Shown here: in pieces, positions 43,957-53,215 of the stretch
Layout: every line of letters starts with the position of its first letter
Numbering within the stretch: the first letter of the stretch is position 1
Origin: Vicinamibacterales bacterium
GTDB taxonomy: Bacteria; Acidobacteriota; Vicinamibacteria; Vicinamibacterales; UBA8438
Length of the DNA: 64,000 nucleotides
Direction of reading: 5' to 3'
Assembly: GCA_965207665.1 (NCBI GenBank)
Contig: CBDBMV010000002.1
Span: 2,905,704 to 2,969,703, forward strand
The notes under the pieces: model-generated
Told to the model about the DNA's origin: nothing
Database searches by the model: none
The model's input: only the letters and a program-made list of their open reading frames with translations
Program-made: the position numbers and the translations under genes

Positions 43957-46395
43957 CTACAACCGGAACAGCCGGTTCAGCTTGACGACGAAGCCGCGGT
44001 TGCGCAATCCGTCGACGCGGATCGGCCGCAGCCCGCCTACGTCGCGCTCCTCGGTGTATACCACGAACAGCTCACTCCCCGGACTGTATTCCCACCGCAG
44101 CCGGAGATTGTTGCTCCAGCGGTCGTTGCTCGAGTTGTACTGCACCAGCCCGCTGAAGAACATCCGCGGGTTGAACGCGAAGTTGAAGCGGGTGCTGACC
44201 AGCGTGGTGGTGAACTCCCCCTCGGGCAGGTCGATGTCGTTGAACGAGATGGTCGGCTCGACGGAGAACTGGTTGGACACGTTGACGCGGCCCCGGCTGT
44301 ACTCCAGCGTGCGGATGTCGCCGCTCCAGAAGCTGCCGGCCGAGAACGCCAGACGGCCGCTCGTCTGGTGCTGCCCTCCGAGGGTGTAGGAAACCGTACC
44401 CGCCGTGAACCCGTAGCCACCGACCGGCAGCACCACGTCTCTCGAAATCCGGAACGGCTCCTGCAGCAGCTCGTACGAATTGGTCAGGTTCACCTCGAAG
44501 CGGTCGCTGTTGTGGAACTCGGTGGCGAAGTCCACCGTCCGCTCGCGCGTCTCCACGAAACCCTGGTCGGCGGTCGTGAAGTAGTCGACGCCGGCCTCGA
44601 GCGAATAGCGCCGCACGAGCGCGCTCCCCTGCGGGCGCGGACTGAAGCGGCCGGAGACGTTCGAGCGGCGGTAGTTGTCGCGCTGGAGGAAGCCGATCTC
44701 GGGCAGGAAGTTCTCCTCGACGGCGATGTGGTTCAGGGTCAGGCCGTAGCGGTCGCCCCCGTAGTCGAAACGCCCCTGGTAGCTGGCGTCCCGGCCGCCG
44801 GCCAGCGGCGTCCGGGTGCGCGCGTAGTAGGTCACGAAGTCGAGGTTCTCGAAGAAGGAGAACGTGCCGTCCACGCCGTACGCCTGGCTCGCGCCGGGGC
44901 CGACCAGCGACACGGAACGGTTGGTGAAGATGCCCCCCACGCTGCTGCGCCGCAGGATGTCGCGCCGGATGCGGAGCACGGTGAAGTTGGTCGACGCCGT
45001 TGCCGCCTCGGGCGATTCCTCCGTCTGGATGCTGAGCGCGCCGACGTCGAAGGCGCCCGCCTTGCCCGTCATCCGCGCACCGCCGTGGATCGGCACCACC
45101 ACCTGCACGTTGTTCGGGTCGCCCTCCAATCCGATCCGCCGGCTGTAGAACAGCGTCGGCGCGTCGCTCGGCTCGCCGGGGCTGCCGGCCCCGACGCCGC
45201 CGCGCGCGAACCCGAAGATGCCGCGACCCTCGAGGAAGAACTCCCGTTTCTCCGGAAAGAAGAGGCTGAAGCGGGTCAGGTTGACCTGCTGCTCGTCCAC
45301 CTCGACCTGGGCGAAGTCCGTGTTGTAGGTGAAGTCCGCGGTCAGGTTCTCCGTGACGCCCATCTTCACGTCGGCACCGAAGGCGCCGCTGCCGTCGTTC
45401 TCCCGAATGGGAATGGAGTTGCGGTCGGTGGTCACGCCGCCGATGCCGTACGGCTTGATCTCGACGAGCCGTCCGGTGTCCGGCGGCTCGATGCCGACCA
45501 GCGTCGCACCCGCCGAGACGCGGAAGATGCCGGCCGCGCCGCGCCCGCCGCCGGCCGAGATCGGGATCCGCGTCAGGTACGTCCACTCGTTCTTGCGGCG
45601 CACGCCGCGGCGCAACTGCACGCCCCACAACTGCGCGCCCCCGCCGCGGTAGCGGAGCGTCTTGAACGGTATCTCCATCTCCGCCGTCCAGCCGCCGTCG
45701 AAGCGTCCCGTGCGCACGTCCCACACGGGGTTCCAGTCGCCGTTGGGATTGCCTTCGTTCGTGAACTGCTGGTCGGCCCGCGCGCCGAGCGGGTTCGTGT
45801 AGAAGTTGAAGCCGTTGCGGCGGTCGTAGAACGTGTCGAAGAACACCGTGAAGGTGTCGTTCTGCCGCAACTGGCTGGTGTCGCGCCGCATCTCGTTGGC
45901 GATCCACTCGCTCTCGGGGGCGGAGTCGTGCACGCGCGCCGCCACGTACACGTTCTCCCCGTCGAACATGATCCAGGCTTCCGTGCGCTCGGTCGCGGGT
46001 GCGCCCTCCACGGGCACCTGCTGCAGGAAGTCCGTGATCGGCGGGACCGTGTCGTACACCTCCTCGTCGAGCACGCCGTCGAGACGGATGCCGGTCTCGA
46101 GCCGGATGGCGCGGACCGTGGTCCGGCCTTCCGCGTCGCGGTTCATCACCGCGGGCGCGACCGGCGCCGGCGGCCCGTCGATGGCCGCGGCGAGCGCGGG
46201 ATCGATTGCGGTGGCGGTCAAGGCGCCCGGCGCGACCTGACCCGGTCGGGGCCCTTCCGCCGCGGGAGAGGCCTGCGGGCGATCATCCTGCGCCTGCGCA
46301 AGAAGGCCCTCGGTCGGGGCGAGTAGCAGCAGGAACAGCAGCACCGCCGCGCGGCGAACCGCGCGCCGGAATGAGGACCGCGAGGGTATCGACAA
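43957..46395 (-). CDS. Secreted CBM9-like / DUF5916-type protein (large beta-rich, probably outer-membrane)
   Basis: IRLDGVLDEEVYDTVPPITDFLQQVPVEGAPATERTEAWIMFDGENVYVAARVHD... is typical of carbohydrate-binding-family-9-like + DUF5916 proteins, and the C-terminus ends in an aromatic-rich ...VKLNRLFRL. The start is uncertain. The TTG at 46395 gives MSIPSRSSFRRAVRRAAVLLFLLLLAP; alternatives are the GTG at 46410 and the ATG at 46506. Confidence 0.7.
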   Translation of the reverse strand: MSIPSRSSFRRAVRRAAVLLFLLLLAPTEGLLAQAQDDRPQASPAAEGPRPGQVAPGALTATAIDPALAAAIDGPPAPVAPAVMNRDAEGRTTVRAIRLETGIRLDGVLDEEVYDTVPPITDFLQQVPVEGAPATERTEAWIMFDGENVYVAARVHDSAPESEWIANEMRRDTSQLRQNDTFTVFFDTFYDRRNGFNFYTNPLGARADQQFTNEGNPNGDWNPVWDVRTGRFDGGWTAEMEIPFKTLRYRGGGAQLWGVQLRRGVRRKNEWTYLTRIPISAGGGRGAAGIFRVSAGATLVGIEPPDTGRLVEIKPYGIGGVTTDRNSIPIRENDGSGAFGADVKMGVTENLTADFTYNTDFAQVEVDEQQVNLTRFSLFFPEKREFFLEGRGIFGFARGGVGAGSPGEPSDAPTLFYSRRIGLEGDPNNVQVVVPIHGGARMTGKAGAFDVGALSIQTEESPEAATASTNFTVLRIRRDILRRSSVGGIFTNRSVSLVGPGASQAYGVDGTFSFFENLDFVTYYARTRTPLAGGRDASYQGRFDYGGDRYGLTLNHIAVEENFLPEIGFLQRDNYRRSNVSGRFSPRPQGSALVRRYSLEAGVDYFTTADQGFVETRERTVDFATEFHNSDRFEVNLTNSYELLQEPFRISRDVVLPVGGYGFTAGTVSYTLGGQHQTSGRLAFSAGSFWSGDIRTLEYSRGRVNVSNQFSVEPTISFNDIDLPEGEFTTTLVSTRFNFAFNPRMFFSGLVQYNSSNDRWSNNLRLRWEYSPGSELFVVYTEERDVGGLRPIRVDGLRNRGFVVKLNRLFRL

Positions 46396-46504
46396 CTCCG
46401 CATCGTACACGATCGGTACTGTGCTACCCTGCCACCGATACCGGGGGCGAACGCCGCCACCGTCCCGACCCCCAAACGCGCACGCGGAGAGGAGCACGGG
46501 CGCC

Positions 46505-48259
46505 ATGGAACGCAAGCAGACCACTCTCGCGACCGTCGTCGCCGCCGCGCTGGCGCTGGCGCCCGCCGCCACCGTGGCCGCCGACTACCATCACGTTCAT
46601 ATCACCGCGCCCAGCCCGGCCATGGGCGTCGACTGGTACTCGGAGTACATGGGGTGCGAGCCGGTCGCCGACCGCGACGACGCCGCGACCTGCGGGGGCG
46701 TGGAGCTCGTGTTCGTGCCCCAGCCGACGAGCGGCGGCAGCCTGGGCACGGGCATCAACCACATCGGGTTCTCGTTCCCCGACCTGGACGCCAGGATGGC
46801 GGAGTTCGAAGCGGTCGGGGTGCGCGGGGCCGGCGTGCGCCTGCAGCGCTTCGAGGACGGGTCGACCGTGCGGGACATCCCCGGACTGTTCAAGATCGCG
46901 TTCATCTTCGATCCCTGGGGCACACGGATCGAGCTGGTGGAAGACGCCGAGCGGCTCGGCTTCCACCACGTTCATCTCAGCGCGACCGATCCGGACTCGA
47001 CGCTGGCCTGGTACCGCGACGTGCTAGGCGGCGAGCCGGCCACGCTCAGGGACAGGGTGGACGGCGTGGAGTTCGGCGACATCCTGTTCCTGGTCTCCGC
47101 ACATCCGGAGGGCCCGCCGCCGGCCGCCACGCAGGGCCGCGCCATCGACCATCTCGCATTCGTGGTGCCGGATCTCGACGCGGAGGCGCCGAGGCTCCGC
47201 GAGCAGGGCGTGCGTTTCCAGGAGGAGCCGGCCGTACCGGCGAACGCCCGCACGGCGGCGCAGCGGGCCTTCATCTTCGGCCCGGACAACGTGCGGATAG
47301 CCATGGTGGAGACCGGCTTCGCGGGTGTCGGCAACGAGCTGGCCGCCGCCATTCGCGGCAGCGATGCGCTGGAGCCGTACGACGTCCCGCGGACGTCCTG
47401 GGGCGAGCCCGACCTGCAGGGCATCTGGACGGGCAACCCCTCGCACGGCATCCCGCTGGAGCGCCCCGAGGGCGTCGAGGCCGACGAGCTGACCCCGGAG
47501 GAAGCGATCGCGCGCCGCGAGGGCGGCACCCTGGGCAGCATCTGGGGCTACGACCGCGAGTGGCGCGACATCACGCTCAGCTACGGCCACGCCGCCGTGT
47601 CCACGCAGGTGGCGATGATCGTCGACCCGCCCGACGGCCGTCTGCCGGCGCGCACGCCCTATGGGCAGACGCTGTACGAAAGCGTCCTGGGCAACTACGA
47701 GAGCCGCCCCTACGCCGGTCCCGAGAACGTACGCCCGGCCGCCCGCTGCCTGACGCGCGGCGCTCCGGGCATGATGATGCCGACCGTCTACAACAACGGT
47801 CTGCAGATCGTGCAGGGACCCGGCTTCGTCGCCATCACCAAGGAGATGATCCACGAGACGCGGGTCATTCCGACCGCGCCGCGCGAACGCTTGGGAGATG
47901 ACCTCGACCTGTGGCTGGGCGACCCGCAGGGCCGCTGGGAAGGCGACATGCTGGTGGTCGAGACGACCAACTTCGACGACCGTGTTTCTTCCATCGGGCG
48001 GCCCATCTGGGCCTCCTCGAGCGACCAGTTGACGTTGACGGAACGGTTCCGCCGGATCGGCCCGCTGACGCTGCAGTACGAGTTCACCATCGACGATCCG
48101 AAGGTGTGGACCAAGCCCTGGACGGCCATGTTCCGGTTCGACAGGGACGACGCCCAGTACGAACTGGTCGAGTACGCCTGCCACGAGGGCAACTACGCCA
48201 TGACCGGCATTCTGGCCGGCGGGCGCGCCATCGAGGCGGCGGCCGAGGCGGGCCGCTGA
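46505..48259 (+). CDS. Secreted fusion protein: two VOC/glyoxalase-type domains + X domain (paralogue 2 of 6)
   Basis: Start re-set to the ATG at 46505 (MERKQTTLATVVAAALALAPAATVAA). VOC motifs: YHHVHITAPSP, INHIGFSFPDLDA, FDPWGTRIELVE; then FHHVHLSATDP, AIDHLAFVVPDLDAE. The X domain begins at about 47380: PRTSWGEPDLQGIW, MIVDPPDGRLP, ARC, GRWEGDMLVVETTNF, LTERFRR, VEYACHEGNY. Confidence 0.8.
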   Translation: MERKQTTLATVVAAALALAPAATVAADYHHVHITAPSPAMGVDWYSEYMGCEPVADRDDAATCGGVELVFVPQPTSGGSLGTGINHIGFSFPDLDARMAEFEAVGVRGAGVRLQRFEDGSTVRDIPGLFKIAFIFDPWGTRIELVEDAERLGFHHVHLSATDPDSTLAWYRDVLGGEPATLRDRVDGVEFGDILFLVSAHPEGPPPAATQGRAIDHLAFVVPDLDAEAPRLREQGVRFQEEPAVPANARTAAQRAFIFGPDNVRIAMVETGFAGVGNELAAAIRGSDALEPYDVPRTSWGEPDLQGIWTGNPSHGIPLERPEGVEADELTPEEAIARREGGTLGSIWGYDREWRDITLSYGHAAVSTQVAMIVDPPDGRLPARTPYGQTLYESVLGNYESRPYAGPENVRPAARCLTRGAPGMMMPTVYNNGLQIVQGPGFVAITKEMIHETRVIPTAPRERLGDDLDLWLGDPQGRWEGDMLVVETTNFDDRVSSIGRPIWASSSDQLTLTERFRRIGPLTLQYEFTIDDPKVWTKPWTAMFRFDRDDAQYELVEYACHEGNYAMTGILAGGRAIEAAAEAGR

Positions 48260-48300
48260 CGCGAGCATCCCGCGGCTCCTGACGACGGAGGGAAACGTCA

Positions 48301-49374
48301 ATGGCACGACTGCGCAACCTCGCCCGGCTGCTCGCCGTCGTGGGCGCATTCTGGCTGGCCGCCGGCATCGCCGGCCAGGAGCTGCCGCCCTGGTCGACAG
48401 CGCCCGAAGGCTGGACGCCGGCGCTGACGCCATGGGGTGTGCCGGACCTGACCGGGATCTGGAGCAGCAAGCACAGCACGCCGCTGGAGCGGCCCGAGGA
48501 GTACGCCGGCCGCGAGTTCCTCACGGACGAGGAGATCGCCGCACTCGATACGGAGCGGGCACGCGCGGAGGTCGCGGGCGAGGTGGCCGGCCGGGACGTG
48601 CGCGCCACGACCGGCACCCCGGCCGACGTGGAGGGCGCCTACAACAACATATTCAGCACCAACCTGGGCACACGCTATAGCCGCACGAAGCGCACGGCGA
48701 TGATCGTCGATCCGCCGGACGGCCGCCTCCCGCCGTTCACCCCGGAGGCCGAGCGGAGCCGACAGGTCAGCGAGGGGCTGCGGGCCCAGGCGCGGGAGGA
48801 TCGCGAGCGCGCCGGCGTGCCGTACTTCGTCGACCTGCGCTACCGCTACGACAACCCGGAGGACACCGGCATCCTTGAGCGCTGCCAGGGTGTCCGCATC
48901 CCCTGCACGGGCGGCATCTGCGGCTTCAGCCGCATGGTGCTCGGACCCGACTCGCTGACGATCTACCACGAGCAGTCGTCGGGCGGCGGCGGGTACCGCC
49001 TGATCTGGCTGGACGGCCGTCCGCATCCGCCGGCCCACATCCGGCAGTGGCTGGGGCACTCGGTGGGCCGCTGGGAAGGCGACACGCTGGTGGTCGACAC
49101 CACGAATTTCACGCACCAGACGCCGTACCTGGGCTCCGCGGAGAACCTGCACCTCGTCGAGCGCTTCAGGCGCGTCGCCCCCGACCTCATCCAGTACCGG
49201 ATCACCGTGGAAGACGCGACCGTCTGGACGCGGCCGTGGACCATGGAGCTCGCCCTGATGCTGCAGGACAACGCCAGGAACCAGATCGGCGAGACCGGTT
49301 GCCACGAAGGCAACTACTCGATGACCAGCATGCTCGCCGGCGCGCGACTGGAAGAGGCGCGGGGTCTCCGCTAG
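48301..49374 (+). CDS. Secreted X-domain protein, paralogue 3 of 6
   Basis: 357 aa with a signal peptide. TPWGVPDLTGIW, TPLERP, RTAMIVDPPDGRLPPFT, ERC, WLDGRPHPPAHIRQWLGHSVGRWEGDTLVVDTTNF, LHLVERFRR, GCHEGNY. Closest to the X domain of 58271..60277. Confidence 0.8.
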   Translation: MARLRNLARLLAVVGAFWLAAGIAGQELPPWSTAPEGWTPALTPWGVPDLTGIWSSKHSTPLERPEEYAGREFLTDEEIAALDTERARAEVAGEVAGRDVRATTGTPADVEGAYNNIFSTNLGTRYSRTKRTAMIVDPPDGRLPPFTPEAERSRQVSEGLRAQAREDRERAGVPYFVDLRYRYDNPEDTGILERCQGVRIPCTGGICGFSRMVLGPDSLTIYHEQSSGGGGYRLIWLDGRPHPPAHIRQWLGHSVGRWEGDTLVVDTTNFTHQTPYLGSAENLHLVERFRRVAPDLIQYRITVEDATVWTRPWTMELALMLQDNARNQIGETGCHEGNYSMTSMLAGARLEEARGLR

Positions 49375-49427
49375 TCTCCTGGCGGCCTGTCGCGGGCACA
49401 CCTCCCTGCAGCAGGCCCCATGACCGC

Positions 49428-50267
49428 ATGAGTCGTGCACCGAAAGCACATCCTGCGCCCGGCGATCCGTATCTGCTGGGTACCGATCCGGAGGAAGCGC
49501 GGCGCCTCCACACGCAACACCGCCTGTGGGCGGACGCGGCGCACGACCTCTGGGACCGCGCCGGATTCGGTCCGGGCGCGCGCCTGCTCGATCTCGGCTG
49601 CGGCCCGGGTTTCGCCGCCCTCGAGCTGGCGGAGCGGGTGGGCGCCGGGGGCCGGGTGCTGGCCATCGACGAGTCGGACCGCTTCATCGCCGGCCTGGTC
49701 CGGGAAGCGAACCGGCTCGGTATCGGGCAGCTTGCGGCACGCGTGCAGCGGGTCGAGGAGCTGCGGCTGGAGCCTGCCGCGCTCGACGGCGCCTTCATAC
49801 GCTGGCTCTTCTGCTTCCTGCCGGATCCGGCGCCGGTCATCGACAGTGTCGTGAGCGGATTGCGACCCGGCGGCCGTCTCGTGGTGTGGGACTACCTCAA
49901 CTACGGCGCGACGACGCTGCAGCCGCGGAGTCCGGCATTCGATCGGGTGCTGGCAGCGGTAGAGGAAAGCTGGCGGCGCACCGGCGGCGACCTGAACGTG
50001 GGCGGCCGCCTTCCAGAGCTGATCGCGGCGTCCGGCTGCCGCCTGCTGGAGCTTGTGCCGCTGGCGCGGTTCGTCCGGCCGGGCACGGCGTTCTGGGACT
50101 GGCCGACGCAGTTCTTCTTCAGCCACGTGCCGCGGCTGGTCGCGGCCGGCCTGCTCACGGAGGCCGAACAGCGCGCGTTCGAAGACGAATGGCGCGTTCG
50201 CGAGCGCGAGCCCGGGACCTTCCTGGCCGCGCCGCCGATGATCGGGATCGTCGGCGAGAAGGAATAA
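49428..50267 (+). CDS. Class I SAM-dependent methyltransferase
   Basis: Start re-set to the ATG at 49428 (MSRAPKAHPAPGDPYLLG...). SAM-binding motif I is LLDLGCGPG, followed by ...GGRVLAIDES.... Confidence 0.8.
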   Translation: MSRAPKAHPAPGDPYLLGTDPEEARRLHTQHRLWADAAHDLWDRAGFGPGARLLDLGCGPGFAALELAERVGAGGRVLAIDESDRFIAGLVREANRLGIGQLAARVQRVEELRLEPAALDGAFIRWLFCFLPDPAPVIDSVVSGLRPGGRLVVWDYLNYGATTLQPRSPAFDRVLAAVEESWRRTGGDLNVGGRLPELIAASGCRLLELVPLARFVRPGTAFWDWPTQFFFSHVPRLVAAGLLTEAEQRAFEDEWRVREREPGTFLAAPPMIGIVGEKE

Positions 50268-50291
50268 CCCGCGACGCTCTTCAGCCTTTGG

Positions 50292-51254
50292 CTACGGAGC
50301 GCTGCGGCGCTCTGCCGCGCGCACGCCGCTCAGGATGTTCGGCACGGCGTAGTTCGCCTCGTGACAGGCGTATTCGTACAGGTCGTAACCTTCATCGCGC
50401 TCCAGCGGGAATGCGACCGTCCACGCCCGCGTCCAGGTGAGCGGGTCCTCGATGCGCACCTCGTAGTCGAGCGCGCCGCCGTCCCCCAGGCGGAACCGCT
50501 CGACGAGCCGTAGCTCCGTGCTGGTCGGGTTCCCGTTGCCGTTGCGCGCGTAGGAGCCGGTCCGGCCGTTTGAATTCGTCGTTTCGACAACCAGGGTGTC
50601 CCCTTCCCACACGCCGCGCGAATCGCCCATCCACTGCCGGATGCCGGCGGCGATGTGCGGGCGCCCGTCGAGCGGAATCACGCGGGTCTCGTGCACCATC
50701 TCGTGGTGAATCACGACCTGTCCCGGCGTCTGGAGGATCTGGTACGCGGAGGCATAGATGTTGGGAAACTGGGAGCCCAGCACGCCGCGGCTGATGCAGC
50801 GGTCGTAGGGCCGCAGGTCCTCCGGGCCGGCGTGCGCGTAGTCTCCCGCCGCCTTCGTCCGCCAGACTGCCGCCCGGCGGGCGCCGTCCCCGGTCATCGC
50901 CGGCAGCCGCCCGTTCGGCGGGTCGATGACGAGCGAGGCCAGCGGCGGCGACGGCCGCCGCCGGGTCCAGCCGGCGGGTGGAACCAGCTTCGGCCGGACG
51001 CGGGCCGCGGCGGCGGCGTTGCGCGCCGCCAGCTCCTCGTCGGTCAGCACGGCACGCAGCCCGAGCTCTTCGGGGCGCTCGAACGGCACGCCGATCGCGG
51101 CGATGCTGACCCACACCCCCTGCAGGTCGGGATCGCCCCAGGGCGTCCGCGCCCCTGCGCCGGGTGACTGCGCCGCCGTTGCCGGGGGGAATATGACCCA
51201 GCTCAAAAACCCGACCGCGAGCACGCAAACCGCAATTGCCTTCAGTCTCTCCAT
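50292..51254 (-). CDS. Secreted X-domain protein, paralogue 4 of 6
   Basis: Start re-set to the ATG at 51254 (MERLKAIAVCVLAVGFLSWVIFPPATAAQ). TPWGDPDLQGVW, PFERP, LVIDPPNGRLPAMT, DRC, HETRVIPLDGRPH, IRQWMGDSRGVWEGDTLVVETTN, LRLVERFR, YEYACHEANY. Confidence 0.8.
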   Translation of the reverse strand: MERLKAIAVCVLAVGFLSWVIFPPATAAQSPGAGARTPWGDPDLQGVWVSIAAIGVPFERPEELGLRAVLTDEELAARNAAAAARVRPKLVPPAGWTRRRPSPPLASLVIDPPNGRLPAMTGDGARRAAVWRTKAAGDYAHAGPEDLRPYDRCISRGVLGSQFPNIYASAYQILQTPGQVVIHHEMVHETRVIPLDGRPHIAAGIRQWMGDSRGVWEGDTLVVETTNSNGRTGSYARNGNGNPTSTELRLVERFRLGDGGALDYEVRIEDPLTWTRAWTVAFPLERDEGYDLYEYACHEANYAVPNILSGVRAAERRSAP

Positions 51255-51266
51255 GAGTCGCCCGCA

Positions 51267-51872
51267 ATGCGTCAGTATATGGGCGGATTCCCCATGCCAG
51301 TCGTGCGCCGCGCCGCAGCCATCCTCGTTGTTCTGGCAGCCGTGCCGGTCATCGCGGCCGCGCAGGAGCAGCGGCTGGCTACCGGGTACTGGACGCGCGG
51401 CCTGGCCGGCGGCTGGGGCAACGCCTGGAAGCACGGCCTGCCGGGTTACGGCAAGACAGACACCGACATCGAATTCGTTGCCGTTCACCCGCAGCTCGGC
51501 CGGTTCATCACCGACCACCTCGAGTTCTACGGCGAGGGCACGCTGCTGCTGTACCACAAGCCGGTGGTTGCGGTCGGCGGCGGCGTCGCGGGGCTGGGCG
51601 GCCGCTACCATCTCTGGAACGACCGCGGCTGGACGCCCTACTTCGCGGGCGGCGCCGGACTGCTATGGACGTCGCTAGACGTCCCTGAAATCGATCGCGC
51701 GTTCAACTTCCAGTTGCACTACGGCGTCGGCATCCGGCAGGTCACCCGGCGCGGACCGGGATTGATCCTGGAGTTCCGCAACCACCACATCTCCAACGCC
51801 AACACCGCCGGGGAGAATCTCGGCGTGAACGCCGCCACGGTGGTGGCCGGCGTGCAGTGGATCCTGCGCTAG
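51267..51872 (+). CDS. PagL-like lipid A deacylase / acyloxyacyl hydrolase family outer-membrane protein
   Basis: 201 aa with a signal peptide. The beta-barrel-like alternation and the FRNHHISNA motif (H-x-S-N, the catalytic His/Ser pair of the PagL family), followed by ...NLGVN. Confidence 0.65.
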   Translation: MRQYMGGFPMPVVRRAAAILVVLAAVPVIAAAQEQRLATGYWTRGLAGGWGNAWKHGLPGYGKTDTDIEFVAVHPQLGRFITDHLEFYGEGTLLLYHKPVVAVGGGVAGLGGRYHLWNDRGWTPYFAGGAGLLWTSLDVPEIDRAFNFQLHYGVGIRQVTRRGPGLILEFRNHHISNANTAGENLGVNAATVVAGVQWILR

Positions 51873-53215
51873 AGGTCCGTCAGGCCTTCGATCTTGCCCG
51901 TGCTGTCGCCGAGCGTCTCGACCGGAAAGCCCATCTTCTCCAGGACGGAGACGTGCAGGTTCGTCAACGGCCGTTTCGAGTAGCGCACGTAGCGGCCGCC
52001 CCTGATCCCGGTGCCCTTCCCGCCGATCAGCGCGATCGGCAGATCGTCGTGGAAGTGCGTGTTGCTGTCGCTCATCCCGCTGCCGTAGAGGAACATCGAG
52101 TGGTCGAGCAGCGTCCCGTCACCCTCGGGCGTCGCGGCGAGCTTCTTTACCAGGTGGGCGAACTGCCGGAAGTGGAACTCGTTGAGCTGGCCGAGCCGCG
52201 CGAGCTTGGTGGGCTCGTCCTGATGATGCGACAGCGGGTGATGCGAGTCGGCAATCCCGATCTCGGGATAGGCCCGGTTGCTGACTTCTTTAGCGGCCAT
52301 GAACGTGCTGACCCGCGTCATGTCGGTCTGGTACGCCAGCGCCAGCAGATCCATCATCAACGTCGCGTGCTCCCCGTAGTCTCGCGGCACGCCGACCGGC
52401 TGGTCGACCACCGGCAGCTCCTGCGTCTCACGCTCGGCCATCTGCAGCCGCCGCTCGATGTCGCGTACGGCTTCGAAGTACTGCTCCAGCGTCGCCTGGT
52501 CCCGGGGACCGACGACGTTCTCGAGACCGGCCGCCTGCTCGCGCACGAAGTCGAGAATGCTGCGGTCCTTCCGCATGCGCGCGCGGCGGACTGCCGGATC
52601 GGTGCTGCCGCTGGCCCCGAACAGCCGCTCGAACACGGCCCGGGGGTTGTTCTCGATCGGCAGCGGCGTCGTGGGGGTGCGCCAGGCAATCGTGTTGAGA
52701 TACGCGCAGGTGACGCCGCCGTCGCAGGTCGAGCCGGCGAAACCGGGATCCTCCATCCCCAGCTCCAGGGACGCGAGCTGGGTCTCCTTCGCCAGCTCCC
52801 TGGCGGCAATCTGGTCCATGGAGACGGCGGCGCGCGCCGTCCCGCTCGTGTCGAACGCCACGCCGGTCAGGAACGGACCGGACGACTTCGAGTGGTCGCC
52901 GCCGCGCAGCAAGAGCGCGGCCTCGCAGGCCAGGCCGCCGCACATGAGCACGCGGTCCTTGTGCTCGTTCAGTGAACGGAGAATCGGCGGGAGCTCGTCG
53001 AGGGAGCCTTCTCCCATGCCGGCCGGATACCAGTAGGGCATCGACATGCCGTTCGGCACGTAGAACACGCCGAGCCGGCGGATCGGCGCCGCGGCCGTCC
53101 TGCTCATCGCGGTGAGCGCCGGCACCATGCCCTCGAGGAGCGGCAGCGCCAGCGTAGCGCCGACGCCGCGCAACACCGTCCGCCGCGGCAGATGCTTTCT
53201 CGTTATGAACATCAT
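51869..53215 (-). CDS. DUF1552 domain protein (Tat signal)
   Basis: 448 aa. MMFITRKHLPRRTVLRGVGATLALPLLEGM is the characteristic DUF1552 N-terminus. Its start overlaps the stop of the upstream DUF1592-type gene (ATGA). Confidence 0.85.
   Translation of the reverse strand: MMFITRKHLPRRTVLRGVGATLALPLLEGMVPALTAMSRTAAAPIRRLGVFYVPNGMSMPYWYPAGMGEGSLDELPPILRSLNEHKDRVLMCGGLACEAALLLRGGDHSKSSGPFLTGVAFDTSGTARAAVSMDQIAARELAKETQLASLELGMEDPGFAGSTCDGGVTCAYLNTIAWRTPTTPLPIENNPRAVFERLFGASGSTDPAVRRARMRKDRSILDFVREQAAGLENVVGPRDQATLEQYFEAVRDIERRLQMAERETQELPVVDQPVGVPRDYGEHATLMMDLLALAYQTDMTRVSTFMAAKEVSNRAYPEIGIADSHHPLSHHQDEPTKLARLGQLNEFHFRQFAHLVKKLAATPEGDGTLLDHSMFLYGSGMSDSNTHFHDDLPIALIGGKGTGIRGGRYVRYSKRPLTNLHVSVLEKMGFPVETLGDSTGKIEGLTDL

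Noticed and set aside
46503-46508. CCATGG palindrome that provides an ATG on both strands, suggesting overlapping divergent start codons
   Set aside because: For the minus-strand gene, this ATG would add ~35 non-signal-like residues (MAPVLLSACAFGGRDGGG...) ahead of a good signal peptide. That signal peptide begins at a TTG or GTG further in (46395/46410). The overlap is probably coincidental, though not excluded.
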